Of a DNA stretch of 64,000 bases, positions 39,948 through 50,998 are shown in pieces; the first letter of the stretch is position 1, and each line of letters begins with the position of its first letter. The translations under genes and the position numbers were made by a program. Below the pieces are notes generated by a model that made no database searches, had not been told where the DNA came from, and saw only the letters and a list, made by a program, of their open reading frames with translations. The DNA is taken from positions 1,806 through 65,805 of the forward strand of contig JAGWOC010000009.1 of NCBI GenBank assembly GCA_028872875.1. The letters are read 5' to 3'. The DNA comes from Chloroflexota bacterium (lineage in GTDB: Bacteria > Chloroflexota > Dehalococcoidia > DSTF01 > JACRBR01).

Positions 39948-40583
39948 ATGCCACTCGAAGGACTGCTCGGGCGCAAACTGGGCATGACGCAGGTGTTCGA
40001 CAAGGAGGGCCGCATCCACGCGGTCACCGTCGTCGAGGCGGGTCCGGTCGTGGTGACGCAGGTGAAGAGCGTCGAGAAGGAGGGCTACGCCGCGGTCCAG
40101 GTGGGCTACGGCGTGCGCAAGCGGCTGAACAAGCCCATGCGGGGCCACCTGAAGAAGCTGGGCGACTTCCGCCTCCTGCGCGAGTTCCGCGCCGCCGCTG
40201 ACGACGCCTACAGCATCGGGGACAAGGTGGGCCTGGAGTTGTTCGCCGAGGGCGACCTCGTCGATGTCGTCGGCGTATCGCGCGGGCGCGGCTTTGCGGG
40301 CGGCGTGCGGCGCTGGAACTTCCGCGGCGGTCCCAAGACGCATGGCCAGTCGGACCGGCATCGCGCGCCGGGCTCCATCGGCTCCGGCACGACGCCCGGG
40401 CGCGTGTACAAGGGCCAGCACATGGCGGGCCACATGGGCGCGGTGCAGGTGACCTCGAAGAACCTGCGCGTGATCGCCAAGGACGAAGCAAAAGGCCTGC
40501 TCCTGATCGAAGGGGCCGTGCCCGGCGCGACGAACGGCACCGTGCGCGTCCGCCGCGCGAAGAAGCAGGGCAAGAAGAAGTGA
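39948..40583 (+). CDS. rplC: 50S ribosomal protein L3
   Basis: [17 protein letters not shown]... Confidence 0.95.
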   Translation: MPLEGLLGRKLGMTQVFDKEGRIHAVTVVEAGPVVVTQVKSVEKEGYAAVQVGYGVRKRLNKPMRGHLKKLGDFRLLREFRAAADDAYSIGDKVGLELFAEGDLVDVVGVSRGRGFAGGVRRWNFRGGPKTHGQSDRHRAPGSIGSGTTPGRVYKGQHMAGHMGAVQVTSKNLRVIAKDEAKGLLLIEGAVPGATNGTVRVRRAKKQGKKK

Positions 40584-41242
40584 TGAAGCTGACGGTACAC
40601 GACGCGGCGGGCAAGGAGGTCGACAGCATCGAGGTCGACGACGCGGTCTTCGGCATCGAGCCGAACGGCCCGGTCGTACACCAGGCGCTGGTGGCGTCGC
40701 TGGCGAACAAGCGCGTCGGGACCGCCTCGACCAAGACGCGCGGGGAAGTCGCCGGTTCGACGAAGAAGATCCGGAAGCAGAAGGGTACGGGCGCGTCCCG
40801 CCAGGGCGGGATCCGGGCGCCGCAGCACCGCCACGGCGGCATCGTCTTCGGTCCGCGCTCGCGCAGCTACGCGAAGGACCTGCCGAAGCGCATGCGCCGG
40901 CTGGCCATTCGTTCGGTGCTGTCGGCGAAGGCGGCGGACGGCTCGCTGCGCATCGTCCGGGAGCTCACGATGCCGTCGCCGAGCACGAAGGCGATGGCCG
41001 GCGTGCTCCGCGCGCTCGGCTTCGAGCGCTCCGTGCTCGTCGTCACCGGCGCGCCGGACCCGAACGTGAAGGCGAGCGCGGGCAACCTTCCGAAGGTGAG
41101 CCTGCTGCCGGCGGCGTACCTGAACGTCGCGGACCTGCTGGCCAGCCAGGGCCTGCTGATGACGGTCGATGCGGTCCGCGGCGCCGAGGCGCTGTGGGGC
41201 GGCGAGCGCGCGAAGAGCCGCGCCGTGAAGGCGGAGGCGTAG
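40580..41242 (+). CDS. rplD: 50S ribosomal protein L4
   Basis: Conserved L4 body QKGTGASRQGGIRAPQHRHGG. Confidence 0.9.
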   Translation: MMKLTVHDAAGKEVDSIEVDDAVFGIEPNGPVVHQALVASLANKRVGTASTKTRGEVAGSTKKIRKQKGTGASRQGGIRAPQHRHGGIVFGPRSRSYAKDLPKRMRRLAIRSVLSAKAADGSLRIVRELTMPSPSTKAMAGVLRALGFERSVLVVTGAPDPNVKASAGNLPKVSLLPAAYLNVADLLASQGLLMTVDAVRGAEALWGGERAKSRAVKAEA

Positions 41243-41243
41243 C

Positions 41244-41540
41244 GTGCCAAAGCAACTCCACGCCTACGGCGTCATCCTGCGCCCGCTGATCACCGAGAAG
41301 GCACAGAGCATCACCGGGCTCGGCAAGTACGCCTTCGAGGTCGACCGGCGGGCGAACAAGCTGCAGGTCAAGGAGGCCGTCGAGGCCACGTTCGACGTCA
41401 AGGTGAAGGCGGTCAACACCTGCATGATGAAGGGGAAGGTCCGGCGCTACGGCCGCAACGCGACGAAGCAGCCGGACTGGAAGAAGGCGATCGTGACGCT
41501 CGCACCGGGCGACAAGATCGAGCTCTTCGAGGGCGTGTAG
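41244..41540 (+). CDS. rplW: 50S ribosomal protein L23
   Basis: [13 protein letters not shown]... Confidence 0.9.
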   Translation: MPKQLHAYGVILRPLITEKAQSITGLGKYAFEVDRRANKLQVKEAVEATFDVKVKAVNTCMMKGKVRRYGRNATKQPDWKKAIVTLAPGDKIELFEGV

Positions 41541-41542
41541 CG

Positions 41543-42367
41543 ATGGCGATCAAGCAGTTCAATCCGACTTCGCCCGGCCGCCGCGGCTCGTCCGGCTTCA
41601 CGTTCGACGAGATCACGAAGAAGAAGCCGGAGAAGTCGCTGCTGGCGACGCGCAAGAAGATGGCCGGGCGCAACGCCCAGGGGCGCATCACCGTGCGCCA
41701 CCGGGGTGGGGGGGCCAAGCGCCGCATCCGCCTTGTCGACTTCAAGCGCGACAAGCTGGGCGTGCCCGGGCGCATCGCGGCGATCGAGTACGACCCCGGG
41801 CGCTCGGCGCGCATCGCGCTCGTCGCGTACCGGGACGGCGACAAGCGCTACATCATCGCGCCGGTCGGCCTGAAGGTGGGTGATATGGTGCAGTCCGGCG
41901 GCGACGCGGAGGTGCGCGTTGGCAACACGCTGCCGCTGCAGAACATGCCAAACGGCACCGTCATCCACAACATCGAGCTGACGCCGGGCCGCGGCGGTCA
42001 GATCGTGCGCAGCGCCGGCGCTTCCGCGCAGCTCATGGCGAAGGAAGGCGAGTACACGCTGCTGCGCCTGCCGTCCGGCGAGATGCGGCGCGTGCTCTCG
42101 GTGTGCATGGCGACCGTGGGTCAAGTCGGGAACGTCGAGAACAGTCTCATCAAGCTCGGCAAGGCCGGGCGCAACCGCCACCGCCGCCGCCGCCCGCAGG
42201 TGCGCGGCTCTGTGATGAATCCGGTGGACCACCCGCACGGCGGCGGCGAGGGCAAGGCGCCCATCGGCATGCCCGGCCCGAAGTCGCCCTGGGGCAAGCC
42301 GACGCTTGGCAAGCGCACCCGCGGCCGCAAGCCGTCCGACAAGCTCATCGTGCGGCGGAGGAAGTAA
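41543..42367 (+). CDS. rplB: 50S ribosomal protein L2
   Basis: [15 protein letters not shown]...; [13 protein letters not shown]. Confidence 0.95.
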   Translation: MAIKQFNPTSPGRRGSSGFTFDEITKKKPEKSLLATRKKMAGRNAQGRITVRHRGGGAKRRIRLVDFKRDKLGVPGRIAAIEYDPGRSARIALVAYRDGDKRYIIAPVGLKVGDMVQSGGDAEVRVGNTLPLQNMPNGTVIHNIELTPGRGGQIVRSAGASAQLMAKEGEYTLLRLPSGEMRRVLSVCMATVGQVGNVENSLIKLGKAGRNRHRRRRPQVRGSVMNPVDHPHGGGEGKAPIGMPGPKSPWGKPTLGKRTRGRKPSDKLIVRRRK

Positions 42368-42370
42368 GCG

Positions 42371-42685
42371 ATGTCACGTTCGATCAAGAAGGGCCCGTTC
42401 GTCGAGCCCAAGCTCATGAAGAAGGTCGAGACGGTGAAGCGCACGAGCGCCCGCACGGTCATCCGCACATGGTCGCGCGCGTCGACGATCATGCCGGAGA
42501 TGGTCGGGCTCACGATCGGCGTGCACGATGGGCGGCGGCACGTGCCGATCTTCGTCTCGGAGAACATGGTGGGGCACAAGCTCGGCGAGTTCGCGCTCAC
42601 GCGGCACTTCCGCGGCCACACCAGCAAGTCGGAGAAGGCGACGCAGCGGGGCGGACCCGCCGCGGCCCCGGCCGGGAAGTCGTAG
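42371..42685 (+). CDS. rpsS: 30S ribosomal protein S19 (short C-terminal extension)
   Basis: [20 protein letters not shown]...[11 protein letters not shown]. Confidence 0.95.
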   Translation: MSRSIKKGPFVEPKLMKKVETVKRTSARTVIRTWSRASTIMPEMVGLTIGVHDGRRHVPIFVSENMVGHKLGEFALTRHFRGHTSKSEKATQRGGPAAAPAGKS

Positions 42686-42724
42686 GAGAGAGCGGGCCCG
42701 TACGGTCCTGCCACGAGGGAGAAG

Positions 42725-43057
42725 ATGGAAGTCAGCGCGACGGCGAAGTATCTGCCGGTCTCGGCCCGCAAGGTGCGGCTGGTGCTCGACCAGCTCCCGG
42801 GCAAGCGGGTCGATGAGGCGATCATGATGCTGCGCTTCCTGCCGACGCCACATGCGCGGATCGTCGAGAAGGTGGTGAAGTCCGCCGCGTCGAACGCGGA
42901 AAACAACTACGCGCTGGATATGGAAGCGCTGCGCATCAAGCGCGCCTACGCCGGCGAGGCGCGCACCGTCAAGCGGTTCAGGGCGAAGGCCCGGGGCCGC
43001 GTCGGCCCGATACTCCACCGCACGAGTCACGTGACGGTGGTCGTGGAGGAACAGTAG
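42725..43057 (+). CDS. rplV: 50S ribosomal protein L22
   Basis: AKYLPVSARKVRLVLDQL... Confidence 0.9.
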   Translation: MEVSATAKYLPVSARKVRLVLDQLPGKRVDEAIMMLRFLPTPHARIVEKVVKSAASNAENNYALDMEALRIKRAYAGEARTVKRFRAKARGRVGPILHRTSHVTVVVEEQ

Positions 43058-43770
43058 TGGGTCACAAAGTACATCCGACGGGGTTCCGGGTCGGCGTCAT
43101 CTACGACTGGCAGAGCAAGTGGTACGCGGACAAGAACTACAAGTCCCAGCTCCACGAGGACATCGCCATTCGCAAGCGGATCATGGAAGGCCGCAACATC
43201 GATGCCGGCATCTCGCGGGTGGAGATCGACCGCAACGCGAACCAGCTCAACGTGACGATCAGCACGGCGAAGCCGGGCATCGTCATCGGCCGCAGCGGCG
43301 CCAACGTCGACCAGCTCCGCAACGAGCTGGAGAAGACGACCGGGCGGCGCGTGCGGGTGAACATCAACGAGATCCGCACACCGGAGCTTGACGCGTACCT
43401 GGTCGCAAGGAGCATCGCCGAGCAGCTCCAGCGCCGGGTCGCCTTCCGGCGGGCGATCAAGCAGACCGTCGCGCGGACGATGGCGCGCGGCGCCAAGGGG
43501 ATCAAGGTGGTGGTCGGCGGCCGCCTCGGCGGATCCGAGATGTCGCGCCGCGAGTCGGAGAAGCAGGGCCAGATCCCGCTCCACACGCTGCGGGCGGACA
43601 TCGACTTCGGCATCGCCGAGGCGCACACGACGTTCGGGCGCATCGGCGTGAAGGTCTGGATCTACAAGGGCGAGATCATGCCCGAGCCCAAGAAGCGGCA
43701 GCCGGAAGCCACCGCCGCGGAGCCGGTGGCCGCGGTCGATGCCGCGCCGGCCGTGGTGGCGAGCGAGTAA
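43057..43770 (+). CDS. rpsC: 30S ribosomal protein S3
   Basis: MGHKVHPTGFRVGVIYDWQSKWYAD... Confidence 0.95.
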   Translation: MGHKVHPTGFRVGVIYDWQSKWYADKNYKSQLHEDIAIRKRIMEGRNIDAGISRVEIDRNANQLNVTISTAKPGIVIGRSGANVDQLRNELEKTTGRRVRVNINEIRTPELDAYLVARSIAEQLQRRVAFRRAIKQTVARTMARGAKGIKVVVGGRLGGSEMSRRESEKQGQIPLHTLRADIDFGIAEAHTTFGRIGVKVWIYKGEIMPEPKKRQPEATAAEPVAAVDAAPAVVASE

Positions 43771-43776
43771 CGAGCG

Positions 43777-44196
43777 ATGCTGCAACCCAAGCGACAGAAG
43801 TTCAGAAAACAGCACCGCGGCCACCGCCGCGGCCAGGCGAACAGCGGCAACGAGGTGAGCTTCGGCGAGTTCGGCCTCCAGGCCGTGGGCGCGGCCTGGA
43901 TCGACAGCCGCCAGATCGAGGCCGCGCGCCGCGCGATCACGCACGAGTTGAAGCGCGGCGGCAAGGTCTGGATCCGGATCTTCCCGGACAAGCCTGTGAC
44001 CGCGAAGCCGGCCGAGACGCGCATGGGCAGCGGCAAGGGCGCGCCCGACCACTTCGTCGCCGTCGTCAAGCCCGGGCGCATGCTGTTCGAGGTGGCCGGT
44101 GTGAAGGAAGACCTGGCGCGCGAGGCGCTGCGCCTGGCCGCCCACAAGCTCTCCGTCGAGACGCGCATGGTCGCGAAGGAGCACGAGGGGATCTGA
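43777..44196 (+). CDS. rplP: 50S ribosomal protein L16
   Basis: [19 protein letters not shown]... Confidence 0.95.
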   Translation: MLQPKRQKFRKQHRGHRRGQANSGNEVSFGEFGLQAVGAAWIDSRQIEAARRAITHELKRGGKVWIRIFPDKPVTAKPAETRMGSGKGAPDHFVAVVKPGRMLFEVAGVKEDLAREALRLAAHKLSVETRMVAKEHEGI

Positions 44197-44441
44197 TGGC
44201 GGGACGCAAGAAGAAGGAGCGCGCCGAAGGGCTGCGCGGCATGACCGACGAGGCGCTCGACAAGGAGCTGACCGAGACGTACCGCCGCCTGTTCAGCGTC
44301 CGGCTGGGCCTGACCACCCGCCAGCAGACGAACACGTCGGAGCGGGCGAAGATCACGCGCCAGATCGCCCGCATCCGCACGATCCAGCGCGAGCGCCAAC
44401 TGGCGGCGGCGTACGCCGAGCACCTCGGCAGGGGAAGGTAA
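44196..44441 (+). CDS. rpmC: 50S ribosomal protein L29 (start may be internal ATG 44241)
   Basis: [28 protein letters not shown]... Confidence 0.85.
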   Translation: MAGRKKKERAEGLRGMTDEALDKELTETYRRLFSVRLGLTTRQQTNTSERAKITRQIARIRTIQRERQLAAAYAEHLGRGR

Positions 44442-44444
44442 CAG

Positions 44445-44864
44445 ATGGCATCGCTGGAGAAGCTGCAGGTCGGCACGGTGGTGAGCAACAAGATGGACAA
44501 GACGGTCGTCGTACGCATCGACCGCTACAAGCGGCACCGCCTCTACGGGAAGACGCTGCGCGAGACGCGGCGCTACAAGGCGCACGACGAGAAGAACGAG
44601 TGCCACCTGGGCGATATCGTGCGCATCTCCGAGACGCGGCCGCTCTCGCGCGAGAAGCGCTGGCGCGTCGTCGAGATCATCACCAGGGGCGACGTCGCCG
44701 AGGTGGCGCCGCGCGAGATTGGCGCGCACATCATCGAAGAGACGCGCGCCGCTGCGGATGCCGAATCGGCCGCGCGCGCTGCCGTCCCGGCGGAAGTCCC
44801 CGCCGGGCCGGGCGGAGCGGACGATGCCGTGCCGGGCGAGGACGCCGGGGAGGACGGCGCGTGA
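44445..44864 (+). CDS. rpsQ: 30S ribosomal protein S17 with ~55-aa acidic Ala/Glu/Asp/Pro-rich C-terminal extension
   Basis: [28 protein letters not shown]...; tail [55 protein letters not shown]. Confidence 0.9.
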   Translation: MASLEKLQVGTVVSNKMDKTVVVRIDRYKRHRLYGKTLRETRRYKAHDEKNECHLGDIVRISETRPLSREKRWRVVEIITRGDVAEVAPREIGAHIIEETRAAADAESAARAAVPAEVPAGPGGADDAVPGEDAGEDGA

Positions 44865-45229
44865 TCCAGCAGTACTCGCGGCTCAAGGTCGCCGACAACT
44901 CTGGCGCGCGATCGCTGATGTGCATCACGGTGCTCGGCGGGTCGGGGCGCCGCTACGCGCGCGTCGGCGACATCATCGTCGCCTCGGTGAAGGCGGCGCA
45001 GCCCGGCGCGGGCGTGAAGAAGGGCGATGTGGTGAAGGCGGTGGTCGTGCGGACCGCCAAGGCCTACGGCCGCCCGGATGGCTCGTTCATCCGCTTCGAC
45101 GAGAACGCGGCCGTCGTCCTGTCGGACAAGCAGAATCCCAAGGGCACGCGCATCTTCGGCCCGGTCGCGCGTGAGCTGCGCGAGCGCAACTTCACGAAGA
45201 TCGTCTCGCTCGCGCCGGAGGTGGTGTAG
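44861..45229 (+). CDS. rplN: 50S ribosomal protein L14
   Basis: GTG start overlapping rpsQ stop; [16 protein letters not shown]... Confidence 0.95.
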   Translation: MIQQYSRLKVADNSGARSLMCITVLGGSGRRYARVGDIIVASVKAAQPGAGVKKGDVVKAVVVRTAKAYGRPDGSFIRFDENAAVVLSDKQNPKGTRIFGPVARELRERNFTKIVSLAPEVV

Positions 45230-45231
45230 CG

Positions 45232-45585
45232 ATGCGCAAGGTGAAGCGCGACGACAACGTGCTGATCATCGCCGGCAAGGACCGCGGCAAGACGGGCATC
45301 GTGCGGCAGGTGATCGGCGGCGGCGACCTGGTGAAGGTGAAGGGACACCGTCCGAAGGTGACGGAGGACAAGGTGTTCGTCACCGGCATCAACATTTCGA
45401 AGCGTCACAAGACACAGCAGCCGGGCGTCGCGCAGGCGGGCATCATCGACAAGGAGATGCCGCTGCCGCTGTCCAAGGTGATGGTGATCTGCAAGAGCTG
45501 CGGCAAGCCGGTGCGCGTGGGCTTCATCGTCCGCGCGAACGAGAAGCACCGGGTGTGCCGCAACTGCGGCGAGGACATCGACTAA
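45232..45585 (+). CDS. rplX: 50S ribosomal protein L24
   Basis: [22 protein letters not shown]... KOW motif. Confidence 0.9.
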   Translation: MRKVKRDDNVLIIAGKDRGKTGIVRQVIGGGDLVKVKGHRPKVTEDKVFVTGINISKRHKTQQPGVAQAGIIDKEMPLPLSKVMVICKSCGKPVRVGFIVRANEKHRVCRNCGEDID

Positions 45586-46136
45586 TGGCGCCGAGACTGA
45601 AGGAACGCTACCAGAGGGAGATCCTGCCGGAGCTGATGCGTGAGTTCCGCTATGGCAACGTCATGCAGGTCCCGCGCGTCGAGAAGGTGACCCTGAACAT
45701 CGGTCTCGGCGAGGCGCGCGAGAACGCGCGCGCGGTCGATTCGGCGACGGCGGACCTGGCGACCATCACGGGCCAGCGGCCGGTCGTCACGAAGGCGAAG
45801 CGCGCGATCGCGAACTTCAAGATCCGCGAGAACATGACGATCGGCGCGGCCGTGACCCTGCGCGGCGACCGCATGTACGAGTTCCTGGACCGGATGCTCA
45901 ACGCCGCGCTGCCGCGGATCCGCGACTTCCACGGCGTCTCGACGAAGGCCTTCGATGGCAGGGGGAACTTCAGCCTCGGCGTGCGGGAACAGCTCATCTT
46001 CCCGGAGATTGACTACGACAAGGTCGACCGTATTCGCGGCATGCAGGTGAACATCGTGACGACAGCGAAGACGGACGAAGAAGGCAGGCGGCTGCTCGAG
46101 CTGATGGGCATGCCGTTCGCGAAGGAGCGGGCGTAG
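45585..46136 (+). CDS. rplE: 50S ribosomal protein L5
   Basis: [21 protein letters not shown]...; ATG overlaps rplX TAA. Confidence 0.95.
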   Translation: MAPRLKERYQREILPELMREFRYGNVMQVPRVEKVTLNIGLGEARENARAVDSATADLATITGQRPVVTKAKRAIANFKIRENMTIGAAVTLRGDRMYEFLDRMLNAALPRIRDFHGVSTKAFDGRGNFSLGVREQLIFPEIDYDKVDRIRGMQVNIVTTAKTDEEGRRLLELMGMPFAKERA

Positions 46137-46138
46137 CC

Positions 46139-46324
46139 ATGGCGAAGACATCGATGATCGTCAGGGCGAACCGCGAGCCCAAGTACTCGACGCGGGCGAA
46201 GAACCGCTGCAAGCTCTGCGGCCGCTCGCGGGCCTACATGCGGCACTTCGCGCTGTGCCGCATCTGTTTCCGGCAGCTCGCCCTCAAGGGGCAGCTCCCC
46301 GGCGTGAAGAAGTCAAGCTGGTAA
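46139..46324 (+). CDS. rpsN: 30S ribosomal protein S14 type Z (zinc-binding, 61 aa)
   Basis: CKLCGR...CRICFR Cys4 knuckles, 61 aa. Confidence 0.9.
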   Translation: MAKTSMIVRANREPKYSTRAKNRCKLCGRSRAYMRHFALCRICFRQLALKGQLPGVKKSSW

Positions 46325-46400
46325 GGCAGCGGGTCGCCCTGACGGCCCGTCCCGAAGCTCGCCGAGGGCGAGAGCACGGGAGAACGAGGAGGCGGATGCC

Positions 46401-46799
46401 TTGAACATGACGGACCCGATCGCGGACATGCTGACGCGGATCCGCAACGCTGTGACCGCCAAGCACGAGTACGTGAACATCCCCGCTTCCAAGATGAAGC
46501 TGGCGATCGCCGACGTGCTCCGCACGGAGGGGTTCATCCGCGGCTACGAGCTGCAGGACGAGGCGAACAAGAAGCTGATGCGCGTGCACCTCAACTACAC
46601 CGGCAAGAAGGAGCCGGTGCTGAGCGGGCTGCAGCGCGTGAGCAAGCCGGGCCTGCGGGTGTACGTGCAGAAACGCGAGATCCCGCGCGTCTACGGCGGC
46701 CTCGGCATCGCGATCCTCTCGACGCCGCAGGGGATCATGACGGGCCAGGACGCATGGCGCCGGAGCATCGGCGGCGAAGTCATCTGTTACGTGTGGTAG
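46401..46799 (+). CDS. rpsH: 30S ribosomal protein S8
   Basis: [15 protein letters not shown]... Confidence 0.95.
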   Translation: MNMTDPIADMLTRIRNAVTAKHEYVNIPASKMKLAIADVLRTEGFIRGYELQDEANKKLMRVHLNYTGKKEPVLSGLQRVSKPGLRVYVQKREIPRVYGGLGIAILSTPQGIMTGQDAWRRSIGGEVICYVW

Positions 46800-46803
46800 G
46801 GCG

Positions 46804-47349
46804 ATGTCACGAATAGGCAAGCTACCGGTACCAATCGCCAAGGGCGTGCAGCTCGATATCGACGGCTCGACCGTGAAGGTCAAGGGGCCGAAGGGCGAGC
46901 TGGTCCGCGAGTTCCCGCGGGAGATGTCGTTCGAGGTCGCGGACGGCAAGGTCACGGTCGTGCGTTCGAGCGACGAGAAGCAGGTGCGCGCGCTGCACGG
47001 CCTCTCGCGGTCGCTGCTCGCCAATATGGTGACCGGCGTGTCGGAGGGGTTCACCAGGACGCTCGAGCTGCAGGGCGTGGGCTACCGCGCGCAGCAGGCG
47101 GGGCAGAAGGTTACCCTGTCGGTCGGCTACTCGCACCCGGTCGAAGTGGTGCCGCCGCCCGGCATCGAGCTGGCGGTCGAAGGCACGACGCGCGTGCACG
47201 TGCGCGGCATCGACAAGGAGCTGGTGGGCCAGATCGCGGCGAACATCCGCAAGGTGCGCAAGCCGGAGCCGTACAAGGGCAAGGGCATCCGCTACCTCGG
47301 CGAGTATGTGCGCAGGAAGGCCGGTAAGGCCGGCAAGGCAGGCAAGTGA
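46804..47349 (+). CDS. rplF: 50S ribosomal protein L6
   Basis: [22 protein letters not shown]... Confidence 0.95.
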   Translation: MSRIGKLPVPIAKGVQLDIDGSTVKVKGPKGELVREFPREMSFEVADGKVTVVRSSDEKQVRALHGLSRSLLANMVTGVSEGFTRTLELQGVGYRAQQAGQKVTLSVGYSHPVEVVPPPGIELAVEGTTRVHVRGIDKELVGQIAANIRKVRKPEPYKGKGIRYLGEYVRRKAGKAGKAGK

Positions 47350-47711
47350 TGAAGAGCACCAGGACGTCGCGCGCGGCGCGCATCCGCCGGCACGAGCGCG
47401 TGCGCAAGACGGTCGGGGGTACGGCGGAGCGGCCGCGGCTCGCCGTGTACCGGAGCCTCACGCACATCTACGCGCAGGTCATCGACGACGCGCGGGGGCA
47501 CACGCTGGCGGCCGCTTCGGACGCCGAAGCGGCGCTCAAGGACGCCAAGGGATCGAAGACGGAGCGCGCGAAGGCCGTGGGCGCGGCGCTGGCGCAGAAG
47601 GCGATGGCGGCGGGGGTCACGAAGGTCGTGTTCGACCGCGGCGGCAACCGCTACCACGGGCGTGTCCGGGCGCTCGCCGAGGCAGCGCGCGAGTCCGGGC
47701 TGCAGTTCTAG
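47346..47711 (+). CDS. rplR: 50S ribosomal protein L18
   Basis: [18 protein letters not shown]... Confidence 0.9.
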   Translation: MMKSTRTSRAARIRRHERVRKTVGGTAERPRLAVYRSLTHIYAQVIDDARGHTLAAASDAEAALKDAKGSKTERAKAVGAALAQKAMAAGVTKVVFDRGGNRYHGRVRALAEAARESGLQF

Positions 47712-47732
47712 GCGCGGAGAGTTGGAGACCAC

Positions 47733-48269
47733 ATGGTAACACCGAGGACACGCAGGGGCGACGGCCGCGGCGACGGCCGCGACGGGGACATGCAGGAGAA
47801 GGTCGTCTTCATCAACCGCGTCTCCAAAGTGGTGAAGGGCGGCCGCCGGTTCAGCTTCAGCGCGGTGGTCGTGGTCGGCGACGGGCAGGGTCGCGTCGGC
47901 GCCGGGATGGGCAAGGCGAATGAAGTCCCCGAGGCCATCCGAAAGGGTTCGGCCATCGCCCGCAAGCACCTGATCGCCGTGCCGATGGACAAGACGACGA
48001 TCGCGCACCCGATCGTTGCCCGCTATGGCGCCGCGAAGGTGATGATGAAACCCGCCTCCGCTGGGACCGGCGTGATCGCCGGCGGCGGTGTGCGCGCCGT
48101 GATGGAGGCCGCCGGCATCAAGGACGTGCTGACGAAGTCGCTCGGCTCGTCGAATGTCATCAACGTGGTGAAGGCCACGATCCAGGGGCTGTCTGAACTG
48201 CGCGACCCGAAGAAGGAGATCGCGCGCCGCCGCGCCGCCGCGAATCGCGCGCAGCAGGCAGGAGCGTAG
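47733..48269 (+). CDS. rpsE: 30S ribosomal protein S5 (Arg/Gly/Asp-rich N-terminal extension)
   Basis: [30 protein letters not shown]... Confidence 0.95.
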   Translation: MVTPRTRRGDGRGDGRDGDMQEKVVFINRVSKVVKGGRRFSFSAVVVVGDGQGRVGAGMGKANEVPEAIRKGSAIARKHLIAVPMDKTTIAHPIVARYGAAKVMMKPASAGTGVIAGGGVRAVMEAAGIKDVLTKSLGSSNVINVVKATIQGLSELRDPKKEIARRRAAANRAQQAGA

Positions 48270-48274
48270 GACGA

Positions 48275-48454
48275 ATGGGAACGATCAAGGTCACCTGGGA
48301 ACGCAGCGCGATCAACCAGCGCGAGGACCAGAAGCGGACGATCCGCGCGCTGGGCCTGCGCCGGCTGGGCCAGACCGTCGAGCACGAGGACAACCGGACG
48401 GTCCGCGGCATGATCCTCAAGGTGCGCCACCTGGTGGCCGTGGAGGAGGCGTAG
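48275..48454 (+). CDS. rpmD: 50S ribosomal protein L30 (59 aa; absent from ORF track)
   Basis: MGTIKVTWERSAINQREDQKRTIRALGLRRLGQTVEHEDNRTVRGMILKVRHLVAVEEA; stop TAG overlaps rplO ATG. Confidence 0.85.
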   Translation: MGTIKVTWERSAINQREDQKRTIRALGLRRLGQTVEHEDNRTVRGMILKVRHLVAVEEA

Positions 48455-49027
48455 ATGCGGCAACATGAGCTGCGCCAGCCTGCCGGCGCCACGCACAAGC
48501 GCAAGCGCGTCGGCCGCGGCAACGCGAGCGGCCACGGCACGTACTCCGGCAAGGGGCTGAAGGGGCAGAAGGCCCGCGCCGGCGGCGGTGTGCGCCCCGG
48601 CTTCGAAGGCGGTCAGCTTCCGCTGATCCGCCGCATGGCCCGCAAGCGGGGCTTCCGCAACCCCTTCCGCATCGACTACGAGGAGGTCAACGTGGGCGCG
48701 CTGGGCCAGCGCTTCCCGGCTGGCAGCGCGGTGGACGCGCAGGCGCTGCGGGCCGCGCGTCTGATCCGCAGCGCGCGCCGGCCCGTAAAGGTGCTCGGGG
48801 ACGGCGAGCTGTCCGTCGCGCTGACCGTCGAAGCGGTACGCTTCACGAAGCCTGCGGTGGCGAAGATCGAGGCGGCGGGCGGCAGCGTCCGCTGGCTCAA
48901 CGGCGAGCCCCGCCGTGCGGAGCCAGAGGCCGCGGCGCCGGCGGCGACGCCTCGGCGCGCGCGGACGGCGAAGACGGAGACGGTAGAGGCCGCGGGATCC
49001 CCGCCGGCAGGGGAGGAAGAGGCGTAG
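48455..49027 (+). CDS. rplO: 50S ribosomal protein L15
   Basis: MRQHELRQPAGATHKRKRVGRGNASGHGTYSGKG... Confidence 0.95.
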   Translation: MRQHELRQPAGATHKRKRVGRGNASGHGTYSGKGLKGQKARAGGGVRPGFEGGQLPLIRRMARKRGFRNPFRIDYEEVNVGALGQRFPAGSAVDAQALRAARLIRSARRPVKVLGDGELSVALTVEAVRFTKPAVAKIEAAGGSVRWLNGEPRRAEPEAAAPAATPRRARTAKTETVEAAGSPPAGEEEA

Positions 49028-50404
49028 ATGGCTCTGGCAGCGAGCCGGCAGCAAGCGGCATCGCGTCCGCGCCTGCTTCAGGCGCTGATCGACGCGCTGC
49101 ACCAGGAGGACGTCCGCAAGAAGCTCCTCTTCACGGGCGCGCTGCTCGTCGTCTTCCGTTTCGTCGCGCACATCCCGATCCCGGACGTCGACCCGCGGCA
49201 GATCCAGTCGGCGTTTAACCAGAGCCAGGTGCTGGGGCTCTTCAACCTGTTCAGCGGCGGTGCCCTGAGGCGAATCAGCATCGCCGCGCTTGGCGTCTAC
49301 CCGTACATCACCGCCACGATCATCATGCAGCTCATCACGCCGCTGTTCCCCTCGCTGCAGAACCTGCAGAAGGAAGGCGAGCAGGGTCGCCACCGCCTCG
49401 AGCTGTACCAGTACTGGATGTCGGTGCCGCTCTGCTTCGTGCAGGGCTACGCGCAGCTCGTGATCCTCCACCGGCTGGCGCAAGGCACGACGGCGTTCCA
49501 CTTCTCGCCCGGCTTCACCGGCAACAGCGCGCTGCCCACCGTGACCGCGCTGTTCGCGCTCACGGCGGGCACGATGTTCCTGGTCTGGCTCGGCGACCTG
49601 ATCACGGAGAACGGCATCGGCAACGGCATCTCGCTGATCATCTTCGGCGGCATCGTCGCCGGCATGCCGGGCCTGCTCGTGCAGGTGAAGAACTCCTCGA
49701 TCGGCATCTTCGGCCTCCTCCTCGTCGCCATCGTCGCGGTCGCCCTCGTGGCATCGATGGTGTGGATGCAGGAGGCGGTGCGCAAGATCCCGGTGCAGTA
49801 CGCGAAGAGCGTCTTCCGGGCCGGCAAGATGTACCGCCAGTCCGGGCAGAGCCATATCCCGCTGCGCGTGAACTCGGCCGGCATGATCCCGCTGATCTTC
49901 GCGTTCTCGATCGTCATCCTGCCCTCGCTCGGGGCGCAGTACTTCCAGACGTCGGGCACGGCCTGGGTCCGCGCCATCGCGAACTTCATGAACAACACGT
50001 TCTCGCCCGGCTCCACGGGCGGGCGGACGAACGCCAGCATCGGCTTCTACTTCGCGATCTTCCTGCTGGTGGTCGTCTTCAGCTTCTTCTACACGCTCGT
50101 GGTCTTCCAGCAGCAGAACCTGGCGGAGAACCTGCAGAAGCAGGGCGGCTTCGTCCCGGGGATCCGGCCGGGGCGCCCCACGGGCGAGTACATCATGCGC
50201 GTGCTCGTGCGCATCACGTGGGCCGGCGCGATCTTCCTCGGTGTCGTCGCCGTGATCCCGTATCTGGCCACCAACTGGTTCGGCATCACGTCGCTCCAGA
50301 TCAGCAGCACCGGCCTGCTGATCGTCGTCGGCGTCGTCATCGATACGATGAAGCAGCTCGAAGCGCAGCTCCTCATGCGCAACTACGAAGGGTTCATACG
50401 CTAG
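49028..50404 (+). CDS. secY: Preprotein translocase subunit SecY
   Basis: 10-TM SecY with conserved loops; operon position after rplO. Confidence 0.95.
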   Translation: MALAASRQQAASRPRLLQALIDALHQEDVRKKLLFTGALLVVFRFVAHIPIPDVDPRQIQSAFNQSQVLGLFNLFSGGALRRISIAALGVYPYITATIIMQLITPLFPSLQNLQKEGEQGRHRLELYQYWMSVPLCFVQGYAQLVILHRLAQGTTAFHFSPGFTGNSALPTVTALFALTAGTMFLVWLGDLITENGIGNGISLIIFGGIVAGMPGLLVQVKNSSIGIFGLLLVAIVAVALVASMVWMQEAVRKIPVQYAKSVFRAGKMYRQSGQSHIPLRVNSAGMIPLIFAFSIVILPSLGAQYFQTSGTAWVRAIANFMNNTFSPGSTGGRTNASIGFYFAIFLLVVVFSFFYTLVVFQQQNLAENLQKQGGFVPGIRPGRPTGEYIMRVLVRITWAGAIFLGVVAVIPYLATNWFGITSLQISSTGLLIVVGVVIDTMKQLEAQLLMRNYEGFIR

Positions 50405-50986
50405 GTGTACGTCATCTTCTTCGGGCCCCCGGGAGTCGGCAAGGGTACGCAGGCGGCGATCGTCGCCGAGCGCACGGGCTGGGCGCACATCTCGACCGGC
50501 GACATGCTGCGCGCGCACGTCAGGGAGGGCACGGATCTCGGGCGCAAGGCGAAGGCGTTCATGGATCAGGGTCTGCTGGTGCCCGACGACCTCGTGATCG
50601 ACATGTTCATGGCGCGCCTCGCGGAGATTGGCGACCGGGGCTTCGTGCTCGATGGCTTTCCGCGCACGCTGGCCCAGGCACGGGCGCTCGACGCGGCGCT
50701 GGCGCGCGACGGCGGCGCCATCGACCTCGCCGTCAACATCACCGCGCCCGACAGCGTGCTCGTGGAGCGGATGATGGGCCGCGCGGCGGAGTCCGGCCGT
50801 GCCGATGACACGCCCGAGGCGATCCGCGTCCGGCTCGAGGTGCAGAAGCCGGCGGCGGAGCTGCTCGACCACTATCGCCGCGCCGGCAAGCTCAAGGACA
50901 TCGACGGGTGCCCGGCCGTGGCGCAGGTAACCGAGGCGATCCTGGAAGCGCTGGGCGTCGGCGTCAGCCCGCAGGGGCCGCGGTAG
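50405..50986 (+). CDS. adk: Adenylate kinase (short LID, no Cys4 zinc knuckle)
   Basis: P-loop GPPGVGKGTQA; GTG start overlapping secY stop. Confidence 0.9.
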   Translation: MYVIFFGPPGVGKGTQAAIVAERTGWAHISTGDMLRAHVREGTDLGRKAKAFMDQGLLVPDDLVIDMFMARLAEIGDRGFVLDGFPRTLAQARALDAALARDGGAIDLAVNITAPDSVLVERMMGRAAESGRADDTPEAIRVRLEVQKPAAELLDHYRRAGKLKDIDGCPAVAQVTEAILEALGVGVSPQGPR

Positions 50987-50998
50987 GGCGGAGCCGAG

